64,000 nt of DNA from Octopus sinensis (Eukaryota), in NCBI RefSeq assembly GCF_006345805.1, contig NC_043018.1, positions 24,676,001 to 24,740,000 on the forward strand, written 5' to 3'. The position numbers and the translations under genes are program-made. A model generated the notes under the pieces. The model had not been told where the DNA came from. It saw nothing but the letters and a program-made list of their open reading frames with translations, and did not search any database. Numbering within the stretch: the stretch's first letter is position 1; each line of letters opens with the position of its first letter. Of this stretch, positions 36,915 through 50,975 are shown one piece after another.

Positions 36915-37235
36915 ACCAGTGCCGGGGGCACATAAGAGAACCATCCAAATGTGGCCGTTGCCAGTGCCGCCCCGACTGGCCTCCGAGCCGGTGGCACATA
37001 AAAAGCACCATCCGATCATGGCCATTTGCCAGCCTCGTCTGGCACCTGTGTCGGTGGCATGTAAAAAGCACCCATTACACTCTCGGAGTGGTTGGCGTTA
37101 GGAAGGGCATCCAGCCATAGAAACATTACCAGATCAGACTGGGCCTGGTGCAGCCTCCTGGCTTCCCAGACCCCAGTAGAACCGTCCAACCCATGCTAGC
37201 ATGGAAAGCGGACGCTAAACGATGATGATGATGAT
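36915..37235 (+). mobile_element. RTE-tailed retroposon 'family E' with internal minisatellite and (GAT)n tail; copies at about 18170-18505(+), 24815-25055(+), 26055-26372(-), 31030-31130(+), 34790-35175(+), 55400-55695(+), 56895-57065(+), 58005-58312(-)
   Basis: Shared 3' end GGCGTTAGGAAGGGCATCCAGC...CCAACCCATGCTAGCATGGAAAGCGGACGTTAAACGATGATGAT; 5' part made of variable repeats containing GGCAC(G)TAAAAAGCACC. Confidence 0.85.
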
Positions 37236-40235
37236 GTATACCCTTGTCTTCATAACATGTGATTCTGGTTAACAAGCATCACAATCTCACAAACTGATCC
37301 TAGGCTGACAGGTTTTTTTTCTTTCTCATTCAGAGTTGACTCGGGGCTAAATAACAACAACAACAACAACATCAACTCTTTGTATTCTTTGGAGGTCAAA
37401 GAGACTGCTAATGTTTTTACATAAAAAATCAAGAACAAAGTCAATAATAGGCTTTACATTTTACCGTCCCTATACACTTGTACTCCTAGCTACAATAGAC
37501 TTAGCCTTGTGCTCACTGAAAAAAAAAAACTAAAAATCAATACATCTATATATATATACGTGTGTGTGTGTGTTGTATATTGTATATATATGTATGTTGT
37601 GTGGATATGTGTGTGTGTGTGTTTGTATATTGTATATATATGTATGGTGTGTGTGTGTGTGTTTGTATATATATGTTGTTGTGTGAATATGTGTGTGTTT
37701 GGATATTATATATGTATGTTGTGTGGATATATGTGTGTGTGTTTGTATATTATATATATGTATGTTGTGTGGATATATATGTGCGAGGAATGTGTGTGTA
37801 CATGTATATCTATGTGAGGTATGTGTGTATATATATGTGTATGTATGTATATGTAATTGCTTTTTGCGCCTGCTGTTTCTTTCCTTTAGTGTTTATCTTT
37901 TTCTTTGCTTTTGTATGTTTCGTTACCCAGGTTTTATATATGGTATGATATAACTCTTTAAACAGATCAATACAACACACACACACACATGCACATTTTT
38001 TCTATTAAAAATAGCATTTTGATTGTGTGTGTGCACATGTCATATGCATAAAATACATTACGGACATTAACATTTTATATATATATATATATATATATGC
38101 ATGCGTGTGCCCACAGACACATTTATACATTTGCAAACAGGAAAGTAGAACTCAAAACATGAGTTTGTGTATATAAATATTTTATCATTAATGATCGGCA
38201 GAAGTTGCAGAGTGACTCAAGGGCCAAGAGTTTCAATGCATGAAATTCTGGGCCCTTAGATCACTCTGTAACTTCTATTCATTAATAATAATAATAATAA
38301 TAATAAGTTTTTCTACTAAAGGCACAAGGCCTGAAATTTGTCAATCATATCGAGCCCCAAATTTTTTCACTGGTACTTAATTTATCGACCCCCCTGAAAG
38401 GATGAAAGGCAAAGTCTACCTCGGAATTTGAACTCAGAATGTAGTGATGGGTGAAATACTGCTAAGCATTTCATCCAGCTTGCTAACCTCTCTGCCAGCT
38501 CGCTGCCTTATTTGATAATAATATTAATAATTATCACCATTTAATGTCCTTCTTCTATTGCATAGCTTTCAGAGTCATTGGGGTATGCAAGCCACCACAT
38601 CACAACAAGGATTGGACCATGTGGTAGATTACAGAACTAATTGTTGACCAACATAAGAGGTCAGTGTAATATGCTAAGGGGCTGCTAGAGTAAATACCTG
38701 CGATATTTAGTTGTCTCTGTAGCCATCCTAGTTTCAAATCATACCAAGTTCAATATTGCCTGTTGTCTCTTTTAGAGACAAAATACCATTCATGTTTGTC
38801 CAGTATTGATTAAATCCCTCCCCGCAACAAACATGTAGCATTGTGTTAAAGTTAGAAATGAATACATTACTGTATAGAATTTGCTTAAGCCATCTGGCTG
38901 TGTTGTTAGCAAATTTGCTTCCCAACTATGTAGTTTTGGGTTTGATCCTAGCTTGAGTAAATCTCTTCTGCTATAGTCATGGGCTGACCAAAGCTTTGTG
39001 AACAGATTTGATTAACAGAAACCAAAAGAAGCCTATAAGGTGGCGAGCTGGCAGAAACATTAGCATGCCAGACGAAATGCTTAGCAGTATTTCATCTGCC
39101 GTTACGTTCTGAGTTCAAATTCTGCCGCGGTCAACTCTGCCTTTCATCCTTTCGGAGTCAATAAATTAAGTACCAGTTACGCACCGGGGTCGATGTAATT
39201 GACTTAATTCCTTTTTGTCTGTCCTTGTTTGTCCTCTCTGTGTGTAGCCCCTTGTGGGTAGTAAAGAAATAGGTATTTCATCTGCCGTTTCATTCTGAGT
39301 TCAAATTCCACCGAGGTTAACTTTGCCTTTCATTCTTTCGGGGTCGATAAAATAAGTACCAGTTACACACTGGGGTCGATGTAATCGACTTAATCCGTTT
39401 GTCTGTCCTTGTTTGTCCCCTCTATGTTTAGCCCCTTGTGAGCAATAAAGAAATAAGAAACTGAAAGAAGCCTGCCATTTCATATATGTATGTACATATG
39501 TAAGTATGCATGTGTATGTATATGTGTAAGTATGTATGTATGCATGTATAAGCATATGTATATGAATGTATAAACGAGTGTGTGTTAGTGTCTCCTTGTC
39601 TTGATATCACATTGGCTGTAAATGAGTTTCACCATCATACAAGCAGTGTCATTAATTTCCAATCTTCCATGAAAACATGTCCAGCTACAATGAAATATTA
39701 CCTTACTTGGATATAAATGAAGGTTTGTGATGGGAAGGACATCCAGCCATAGAAAATCTACCTCAGTAAATTCTATCCAACCCATGCCAGCATGGAAAAG
39801 TGGGTGCTAAAATGATGATGATGATATATCTATATTCTTTTAAAATTACATCAGAAACTTGTTTTCTATAAAAAAATATTTTTTTCTTTTCTTTTGTATT
39901 TTTGTCAACAACTTACCTCTACATTATATTACAACCTGTTTCTACATATTTCTAAGCTGGCCTCGAGGTGTCAAATAAACCTATATGTTGCTTGCGTGTT
40001 GCAGTATGGCCAGGCTCAAAAATAAAGAAATTAAATTTCTCCATGGCAACATTTCTAACAAGTATACATTGTGCTTCAGTTAATTAACCATTTGTAAAGA
40101 TTTAGCTAAAAAAAAAAGAAAAGAAAGAAAAAAAGACCTTATAAAATTATATCAAAACAGTGTTTAAAGAATAACTTAAAAAGACAAGCATTATTGGTAC
40201 GTTGGCATATTAAGGTGGCTGTTTGAAACATAACT

Positions 40236-40631
40236 GCGCAGGAATGGCTGTGTGGTAAGTAGCTTGTTTACCAACCACATGGTTCCGGGTTCAGTCCCAC
40301 TGCGTGGCACCTTGGGCAAGTGTCTTCTACTATAGCCTCGGGCCGACCAAAGCCTTGTGAGTGAATTTGGTAGACGGAAACTGAAAGAAGCCCGTCATAT
40401 ATATGTATATATATATATACATGCGTTTGTGTGTCTGTGTTTGTCCCCCTAGCATTGCTTGACAACCGATGCTGGTGTGTTTATGTCCCCGTTACTTAGC
40501 GGTTCGGCAAAGGAGACCGATAGAATAAGTACTGGGCTTACAAAAGAATAAGTCCCGGGGTCAAGTTGCTCGATTAAAAAAGCGGTGCTCCAGCATGGCC
40601 GCAGTCAAATGACTGAAACAAGTAAAAGAGT
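40236..40631 (+). mobile_element. SINE family A, full length
   Basis: GCGCAGGAATGGCTGTGTGGTAAG head to AGTAAAAGAG tail. Confidence 0.9.
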
Positions 40632-40714
40632 ATTGCTGTTCACTGGTATATTAATATGGGGTTTGGAACAATGGAAGACAGACGTATATTGGTACATTTA
40701 GCTGTTTTTCTGCC

Positions 40715-41320
40715 CTGTGTATCATGTGATACATGGGACATATTTTCTTGGCATCCATGCATCATATATCACACATATTACCAATTTTTTTCGACCACCA
40801 GAGAGTAACTTGGGGCTTATGAAAGGAAAGCTTTATGTTACTCAAAACTTATGAAACAGCGTTCACTAAAAATCTGAAAATGAGCAAGGATATATATGTG
40901 TGTTTGTGTCTGTGTTTGTCCCCTACCTTTGACCTTTTACCTGTTTCATGTATCACATGTGATGCACAGGACATATTTCCCTGGTGTCCATACATCATAT
41001 ATGATACATGTTACGAATTGTTTTTCAACCACCAGAGAGTAATTTTAGACTTAGAGAAGCTTTATATTGCTCTGAACATATGAAACAAGGGTTAACTAAA
41101 AGTTTAAAAACAACCCTAGACCCCTTTAGCCCTTTGCCTTTCCTGTTTATCACATGTGATGCACAGGACATATTTCCTTGATGTCCATACATCATATACG
41201 ATACACATTACCAAATTTTTCTTCCATCACCAGAATAACTTAAGACGTAAAAAAGGGAAGCTTTACATTACATGGAATGTATGAAACGAGGGCAAATGGA
41301 AAAGTCTGGAAACAAGAATC
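40715..41320. repeat. Three degenerate tandem copies of an about 200-230 bp unit
   Basis: TATCACATGTGATGCACAGGACATATTTCC...CACCAGAGAGTAA...AAGCTTTA...ATGAAAC at about 40720, 40950, 41148. Confidence 0.85.
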
Positions 41321-42838
41321 GGTGTTTCCAACAAACTTATGAAAATACTTTGGTCAGTAATATTTGGCAGCTAGTTGTCTTAGGAATGTTGGTCATGAAA
41401 GAGTCCAATTAGTGACCAAAGAAATTACACATGAATTTTCTGTAATTTAAATCTGTATGGTTCTGTAAACCTCTGGCAGAATGTTCCATCCAGAGAAAAT
41501 CAAACACTTGGTTTTTTTTTTTTTTGTTACTTACCTCCTCCACCTTTAATTTAATTATAGTTTGAAGGTGTAATAATCCTGCTAAAGACAGATGCCATTA
41601 TTTAAGTGCAGAGAAAGCGGCAAGCTGGCAGAATCGTTAGCATGTGCTGAGTTCAAATCCCACTGAGGTCAACCTTTGCCTTTCATCCCTTCAGGGTTCA
41701 TAAGATAAATACAAGTTGTGCATTGGGGTCAATCTAACCAACTTATCCCCTAAATTTGCTGGTCTTGTGCCAGAATTTGAACCCCTTATTTAAACGTGGA
41801 GAAGGCAGTGTGTTGATAGAGTCCTTAGTATGTCAGCCAAAATGGTTAGCAGCCTTTCTTCTAGTTTGTTATGTCCTGAGTTCAAATACCATCAATGTCA
41901 GCTTTGCTTTTCATATTTTGCATTGATAAAATAAATACCAGTCAAATATTGGAGATTGGGGGAGGGTTAATGTGATCAACCACCCTCTTTTCCTACAATT
42001 ACTGGCTTTGAGCCAAAATTTGAAAGAATTTAAAGCTGGTGAACTAGCAGAATTGTTTACATGTGGGGACGAAATGCTTAGTGGCGTTTCTTCAGACTCT
42101 TTATGCTCTGAGTTCAAATTCCACCGAGGTCAACTTTGCCTTTCATTCTTTCGGGGGTTGACAAATTAAGTGCCAGTTGAGTGCTGGGGTTGATGTAATC
42201 CACTGACCATCCCACCATATTTTCTGGCACTTGTGCCTCCAGTAGTAAGCATGATTATTACTGAGGTGGTCAGCTAAGGCAGCAAGGTGGCAGGATCGTT
42301 AGCACACCAGGTGAAATCGTAGCAGTATTTTGTCTATCTTCATGTTCTGGGTTCAAATTCTACTGATGTCGATTTTGCCTTTCATTCTTTCAGGGGGTCA
42401 ATAAATTAAGTACCAGTGAAAAACTGGGGCTGATGTAATTGACTAGTCTCCCTCCCACAAAATTTCAAGCCTTGTGCCTTTAGCAGAAAAGATTATACAC
42501 TATACATGTAGGCCACAGACAAATGCAAAAAAAGAACCAAAAAAAAAATTTTTTTTAAATAAACAAAAATTCATCAAAAGTAGGTTATTACAAATAAAAG
42601 TTTTGCTTTTGACTTAGATTAGAGACTGGTCATGCAGTGATAGATTTCATAACAATCAATTTATTTTAAAAGCATTTAAAATCAGGCATAGTTGCGTGGT
42701 TAAGAAAGTCACTTTTCAACTACATGGTTCTTGGGTTCAGTCCCATTGTACAGCACCTTGGGCAAATGTCTTTTAGTACAGATCTAGGTTGATCAATGCC
42801 TTCTGTATAAATTTGGTACATAGGAATTGTGTGCAAGC

Positions 42839-42877
<39 letters not shown>

Positions 42878-43179
42878 CAGCAGCACCATTATTGTTTAAC
42901 ATCTGCCTTCCATGCTGGCATGGGTTGTACAGTTTGACAGAAGCTGGCTAGACAGGATTCTGCATCAAACTTCTGTGGCTGTTTTGGCATGGTTTTTACA
43001 GGTGGATGCCCTTCCTAACACCCACCCAACAGGTGTGTCCTTGTATTTGTCCCTCACCACTTCAGTTTTTTGCTCAAGAATACAGCGCATTGCCCTGTCC
43101 AGGGATCATCTAAGCCAGGAAGGGCTCACCCTTCTTGGAGTGATGTAGGTTTGTGAGATGAAAACCTGAAAACGTAGAT

Positions 43180-43787
43180 TAGTACAATCAAGTCAGATCC
43201 TGAATTGATATCTGGTCCTTGCGTATATGGTCTGGGCTGTCTTAGCAGTATTATAGGCCTCAGGAAAAATCAGTGCATTGGACCCCATACTATTTATTCA
43301 TTGACACCTAGCCACAGCATACATAGATCAGAATTGAGGCCCCTGTGGAAATCAGTTGACTGGGCCCTAAAGTATGTATTTATTGTTAGCAAACCACAGC
43401 ACAGATAGATCAGAGTTGGGCCCTTAGATTTCTGAGACAAATCGCTGCACTGAGTCCTATAGCATTTATTGACAGTAAGCCACAACATACATAGATCAGA
43501 ATTGTGCCCTGTGAGGCCCCTGAACAAATCAGTTTACTAGGCCCTTTAGTACTTATTTATTGACTGCAAGCTACAGCATATATAGATTAGAATTGAGGCC
43601 TTAGATTTCTGACACCCTCTATGTAGTTAAATCATTGCACTAAGCCCTATAGTATTGATTGATAGCAAGCCACAATATACATAAATCAGAATTTGGCCCT
43701 TAGACCTGAGAAGCCCAAGGGCAAATCAATTTACTGGACCCTATAGTATGTATTTTATTGACAGCAAGCCACAGCATATATATAGCT
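43180..43787. repeat. Degenerate tandem satellite, about 80-95 bp units
   Basis: AGCCACAGCATACATAGATCAGAATTG...GGCCC...AAATCAGTT.ACTGGGCCCTA.AGTA...TTTATTGA recurs about 6 times. Confidence 0.85.
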
Positions 43788-44019
43788 TAAGGTGGCGAGC
43801 TGGCAGAAACGTTAGCACGCCAAGCGAAATGCTTTACGGTATTTCGTCTGTCATTACGTTCTGAGTTCAAATTCTGCCGAGGTCGACTTTGCCTTTCATC
43901 CTTTTGGGGTCAATAAATTAAGTACCAGTTACACACTGGGGTCGATGTAATCGACTTAATCCCTTTGTCTGTCCTTGTTTGTCCCCTCTATGTTTAGCCC
44001 CTTGTGGGTAATAAAGAAA
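43788..44019 (+). mobile_element. SINE 'family B' with 13-bp target-site duplication
   Basis: CATATATATAGCT at 43775-43787 and 44020-44032; body AAGGTGGCGAGCTGGCAGAAACGTTAGC...GAGTTCAAATTC...CTTTGCCTTTCATCC. Other copies at about 5450-5660, 9295-9450, 23527-23990, 38320-38510, 39037-39460, 41625-42490, 45335-45820, 54770-54985. Confidence 0.9.
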
Positions 44020-44089
44020 CATATATATAGCTGAAAATTGGTCCCCTATATAGGAAACTGCCCTGTGTGCACAAGCCTTAAGATGACCC

Positions 44090-44830
44090 TGTATATGGTG
44101 TCCACCACTAGGACAATCTCCATCTTGGGTACCTGTGATTACAGAGCAGGTTCAGTTTTAGTTCACAGTACTGTAGCCTTGCTGGTTGCAGCTGGCTTCA
44201 CCCACCCTGGATGGTTGTTGACATGGGTTCAAAGTACAAGTAGGTACTTCTAAACAGATGTTGCCTCTCTGTCTTCATACCACAGGAAAAGGTGTGAATC
44301 CCTCTTTTCCTATCGTACTAGTGATTCCCATCCAGAATATGTACACCAGGGAAACCAGCTCTATGCTTGTCATGGAATAATGTAGACTAATCAACCTCAT
44401 CACTCTAAATATCTAATCAACCCCAATCACTCTTGCCATACCCCACCCCTTTGAAAAACTTAATCCTTCAATCTGGATCATCTTCATTGAGACCAGAGAT
44501 TATTCTTGGAATGGAACTTTTCCAATGACGATGCTGTGCTTTGAAGAACTTGATTTTGAAATTCCTCTCTCTTGGATCACTTGCTGCACAGACTTTCTTG
44601 AACTCTGGCAATACATTTCTGGTACCCTTTCATGCTTTGTGGAGTTCATTGATGCCTGCAGCCTTCTGGAATGTTTCTTGTGGGCATTTTGAATAGTTCC
44701 ATCCACTACAAACTTTAATCCAACTCCAGTGATGGTCATGTATGTGGATTGTCTAAGACTCCATTTTAAATTGTCTTTGCCATTTGACTGCCATTTCATC
44801 CTTCTAGTAGCAATTTAGTATGAATTTCTT
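44090..44830 (-). mobile_element. Tc1/mariner transposase relic (HTH N-terminus of DUF4817-like type)
   Basis: ORF 44500..44799 KFVVDGTIQNAHKKHS...SSRKSVQQVIQERGISKSS, continuing out of frame as PRIISGLNEDDPD*RIKF; possible terminus TACACAGAGTCTCAAAAAAG at about 45065-45087. Confidence 0.75.
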
Positions 44831-45820
44831 AGTTTGGCTCCCTTCATTATTGCTTAATGAGTTATCCCACTAATTTTGGCTTTACCTTTCTTCCTATCCA
44901 GGTTGATAAATTAAGTACCAGTTATGCACTGGGGTCATGTAAACAACAAGACCCCTTCCCAAAATTTCAGGCTTTGTGCCTAAGGTAGAAAGAATTATGT
45001 CTAACGGGCTAAATCTAAAATGAAATTAAAATTGAGTTAACAGTTGTTAAAATGTGCATAAACTTTTTTTGAGACTCTGTGTATATATTTAAAGAAGAAA
45101 AACATCAAGTTTATTTCACCTTCTGTTTCTGAACAATTGAACAAATTGGTTTCTTTAAACATTTTTTTGGTAATTCTTTTGTTATACCCAACATTAAATT
45201 TTTTGTTAGCATAAAAACTTTTATTTGGTTGACATTGATTTTTTACAAAATTAAAAAGCATGAAAAATATTTCTTTATAAGAGCAAATAAAAAAATCATC
45301 ATCATTATTATTATTATTATTTTTAATTATTGAGGTGGTGAGTTGGCAGAACCGTTAGCATGCTGGATAAAATGCTTAGTGGTATTTCACCCATCACTAT
45401 GTTCTGAGTTCAAATTCTGCTGAGGTCAACTTTGCTCTTCATCATTTCGGGGTTGATAAACTAAGTAACAGTTGAGTCCTCGGGGCCGATGTAACTGAGT
45501 AGACCCCTCCCACAAATTTCAGGCCTTGTACCTTTAGTAGAAAGGATTTGGTAGAAAGGATTATTATTATTAATATCATTGTTATTGTTATTATTATTAA
45601 GGTGGCGAGCTGGCAGAATAGTTAGCACACTGGACGAAATGCTTACAACGTAGTGAATGGTGAAATACTGCTAAGCGTTGTGAGTTCAAATTCCACTGAG
45701 GTTGACTTTGCCTTTCATACTTTCAGGGTCGATAAGTTAAGTACCAGTGAAACACTGGGGGCAATGTAATCAACTAGTCCCCTCCCCAAAATGGTTGCCC
45801 TTGTGGAAAAATTTGAAATG

Positions 45821-45860
<40 letters not shown>

Positions 45861-46229
45861 AAGATGATAGCAAAAATTAAGTGTATGTTTGAACACTTTG
45901 GATATTCTTTAAAATGGAAAGTTTTGTGTGAAACAAAGAGTAAGAATCGCATCAGGACATCACTGAATGGATTGAAAAGAAGATAAAGATTAAGATACGC
46001 CTTTCTCTGTGATGAAATGTTTTAAAAGTTATTGATTGGCTGAAATGTGAAAGAGTGGTGATGATGATGGTGGTAGTGGTGGTGGTGGTGGTGGTGATGG
46101 TGATAATGGGTATTAAGATTTAAGTGTGTGTGTGTGGTGGGGAAGAGAATTTCTAGAATCTGACCGTGTGATAAAAATGATGCTTTTTTTATATAATTTC
46201 TGGTGTACATGTTACAAATATTTTGGGAA

Positions 46230-46346
46230 ATAATGTAGGCTTTACACTGCTTTATATATGTATATATATAAATATATATGTATGTATAATTTATATATAT
46301 ATATATAATGTATGTATGTATGTATATACATATATATGTATGTATG

Positions 46347-46389
<43 letters not shown>

Positions 46390-46590
46390 ATATATATATA
46401 TATATATATGTATGTTATATATATGTATGTATATATATATGTATGTATAGATTATATATAATGTATGTATATATATATGTATGTATAATATATATGTATG
46501 TATATATGTATATATATATCTATGTACGTATATATATATATGTTGTATATATAATATATATGTATGTATATATATATGTATGTATATATA

Positions 46591-46621
<31 letters not shown>

Positions 46622-48638
46622 TGTACGTATATATATATGTACGTATATATATATTATATATATGTACGTATATATATATATATATATTATATATATAGAT
46701 TATAATAATGTATGTATATATGTATTATATATATATAGTTATATATATATTGTATATATATATGTACGTATATATATATGTAGGTATATATGTATGTATA
46801 TATATATGTATTATATATATGTATGTATATATATATGTATGTATATAATATGTATGTATATATATATGTATATATATATATGTATGTATATATATATGTA
46901 TGTAATATAATAATTATTTAGATATATAGGTATATATATATGTAATGTATATATATATGTATATATATATGTATGTATATATATATGTATATATATATGT
47001 ATGTATATATTATGTATATAATATGTATGTATATATATATGTATGTATATATATATGTATATATATATATATATATAATGTATGTATATATTATATGTAT
47101 ATATATATATATGTATATATATATATGTATAATATGTATTGTATGTATATATATGTATGTATATATGTATATATGTATGCATATGTAATATATGTATGTA
47201 GATATATATATGTATGCATATGTATATATGTATGCATATATACATATGTATATGTATATACATGTATATATGTATGTATATATATATCATATGTATGTAT
47301 ATGTATATGCATGTATGTATGTATGTATATGTATATGCATGTATGTATGTATATGCATATATGTATGTATATGTATATGCATGTATATATGTATGTATGT
47401 ATATGTATATGCATGTATATATGTATGCATATATATATGTATATGCATGTATATGTGTATGTAAATATATATGTGTATGTAAATATATATGTGTATGTAA
47501 ATATATATATGTATGAATATATATATATATGCATGAATATATATGTATATATATGTATGCATGAATATATATGTATATATATGTATATATGTATATGTAT
47601 ATATGTATATATATGTATGTATATATGTATGTGTATATATATGTATGTATATATATTGTATATATATATGTATATATATGTATGTAATATATAGTATATA
47701 TATGTATGTAGATATATGTATGTATAATATATGTATGTATATATATATGGATATAATATGTATGTAATATTATGTATGTATATATATATGTATGTTATAT
47801 ATATGTATATATGTATGTATATATATATGTATATATATGTATATATATGTATGTATATATATGTATGTAATAATGTATGTTATATATATATATGTATGTA
47901 TATATGTATGTATATATATGTATATATATGTATGTATATATATATATGTATATATATGTATGTATATATATATGTATGTATATATGTATATATATATGTA
48001 TGTATATATGTATATATATGTATGTATATATGTGTATGTATATATGTATATATATATATGTATATATATATATGTATATATGTATATATATATATGTATA
48101 TATATATATGTATATATGTATATGTATATATATATATGAATATGTATGTATATATAATATGTATATATATGTTAATGTATATATATGTATTATATATATG
48201 TATATATGTATATATATATATGATATATATGTATATATATGCATATATATGTATATTATATGTATGAATATATATATATATATGCATTAATATATATGTA
48301 TATTATATATGTATGTTTTGTATATATATTAAGTATATATATCTGTATGCATATATATATATATTATGTATATATATATATATATATATAAGTATATATA
48401 TATGTATGCATATATATATATATATTATATATATAATATATATATATATATACGTATCTATATATATGCATGTATATATATATATATATATACTATATAT
48501 ATATAGTATATATATATGTATGCATGTATATATATATAGATATATAATATATATGATATATAAGTATCTATATATGTATGCATGTATATTATAATATATA
48601 TATATATTATATATATATATAATATCTATATATGTATG

Positions 48639-48674
<36 letters not shown>

Positions 48675-48975
48675 TATATATATATATAAGTTCATATATG
48701 TATCATGTATATATATATATATAATAATAGTATCTATATATGTATGCATGTATATATATGATATATATATATATATATATATAAGTATCTATATATGTAA
48801 TGCATGTATTAATATATTAATATTATATATATATATAAGTATCTATATATGTATGCATGTATATATATATATATATATATATATCTATATATATATATAT
48901 AAGTATCTATATATGTATGCATGTATATATATATATAATATATATATATCTATATAAGTATCTATATATGTATGC

Positions 48976-49019
<44 letters not shown>

Positions 49020-49112
49020 GGATGTGTATGTATCTATATATGTATGTGTATGTATATGTATGTGTATATATATATGTATATGCTTATATACTTGTATACA
49101 CATATATATTGA

Positions 49113-49164
<52 letters not shown>

Positions 49165-49588
49165 AGTTAGGTATATTTGTCGTATGAAATATCATACATC
49201 TTTAATGTCTATAATATTGATAATACATTTTGAATATATATTGTTTATAAACTATATTAAGATATAATTAATATGTTGTATAACAATGTACATTATCATA
49301 TATACTTTATGTACTTTATCTACATTCTCTATCATTATATATATGGTCTATGTATATATATATATATATATATCATATTTATACATATTTTATAAAGATA
49401 GATGCATATATATATGTGTTTGTGTGTATGTATGTTAATATTTGCACATATATATATATGTATATATATATACATACACACACACACACTTATGCGTATG
49501 TGTATATATACATATATATATATATATATAATGTATGTATATTTGTTCATATATTGATGCACATATATATATATATATATACATACAG

Positions 49589-49622
<34 letters not shown>

Positions 49623-49660
49623 TCACATACGCATATTCATATATGTATTATATATCATTA
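46230..49660. repeat. About 3.4-kb compound (TA)n/(TATG)n low-complexity array
   Basis: Almost only A/T with interspersed G; source of the spurious Y/I/M/C ORFs. Confidence 0.98.
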
Positions 49661-50574
49661 TTTTTTTTCAATCATCATGTTTATCAATTGTGACCATCAC
49701 CCCCAAAATGTCATTTAGCAAGGGTGTAGGGGATGGGGAGCAATGCTTTATTTACTCTGCCTATCACCCTCTCCTCTTTATACTTACACACGGAGGAAAA
49801 TATTTATAATCATTATAATTTGTTGCTCATATATTTTATATCAGTAACACCAATGGAATTCTCCGTGGTCAAAGGAGAGTGGCCCTTTTCTCTCTCTCTT
49901 TAAATTTTTTTCCTGTTTTATTATTTTTTTTTTCTATTTCAATGTCAACATGATCAAAATTAGTCTTGTGGTCATCACCAGTCAATTGCCTCTACACCAC
50001 CACCACCACCACCACCACCACTATCTCCACTAGTACTACGACCACTACTGCTCTCATCATCATCATCATCTCGTTGACCAATGTCCAGCCTACACATGTA
50101 CTGTTCGACACTTGCGCTATCAAAGATTGCTGGAAAAGATGTTGCAGAAGGATGTCTCTACATGGCTGGTTAGTTTGTACTAAACCTGCTAGAAATAACA
50201 GTAAATGGTAGCTAAATGTCCCTCATATATCCCCCTAGCTTAACTGTTACCATTGTAAAAAAACAAAAAGCAAAAAAGAAAAAAACCTTTCCCCCTAAAA
50301 ACGGAACATGTAAAATAATGTAATCTTAGTATATCTTTCTACAAAATACATTTCTTCCCTCTATTAATGCTTGTCCATCATTTCCACTTCCATACAGCTT
50401 CACAAAGCTTGTTCTCATAGTTGACCTTCAGCTTCAGCACTGCCTGCCCTGGATAAAGGAGCTTTAGTTTAAGTTTCAAATTCATCTGAGCACTACTTGG
50501 TGACCATCTATATTTCGCTTACCTTAGCATTTTATAACACTTCATCTCTGTCTGTCTGTCTGTGTCTCTCTCTC

Positions 50575-50975
50575 TCATCAAAATACAGCTCAGATGGTCA
50601 GGTTATCTCTCATGTATTAGTGATATCAGAATTCCAAAGCAGCTTTTCTTTGGCCAGTTCCCAACAGGGAGGTCAGTCAGAAGGTTACTCTCGGGCTTCA
50701 GAGACAAACTAAAAGACCAACTGAAGTGGTGCAACAAACCCTTTTTTTTCCTGGGAAAACAAAGCATTAAAATGCAGGGCCTGGCACCAGTCCTGCTTCT
50801 CCTCAGTTCAAAGATTTGAACAAAATCAACTCAAACAGCAGGACCAACTTCATGCAAGCATAAAGGCATGTTGGTAAAATGCTGCTCCTCTAAATGGAAA
50901 CCTTACCTGTCATTATGGTTTTGTGGCATGAAGCAAAGCAGGCCTTGCCATCCATTCAAGGAAACACATAATAAA
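50575..50975 (+). mobile_element. RTE-clade LINE C-terminal fragment
   Basis: ORF 50562..50819 QLRWSGYLSCISDIRIPKQLFFGQ...FRDKLKDQLK; downstream degenerate C-x2-C...SKAGL motif. Confidence 0.8.

Noticed and set aside
46223-49718. Many long ORFs (up to 249 aa) rich in Y/I/M/C/H
   Set aside because: Translations of TA/TATG microsatellite, which lacks stops in most frames; no protein signal
50360-50500. Possible exon of a minus-strand gene
   Set aside because: Short open frame with no recognisable homology or convincing splice sites
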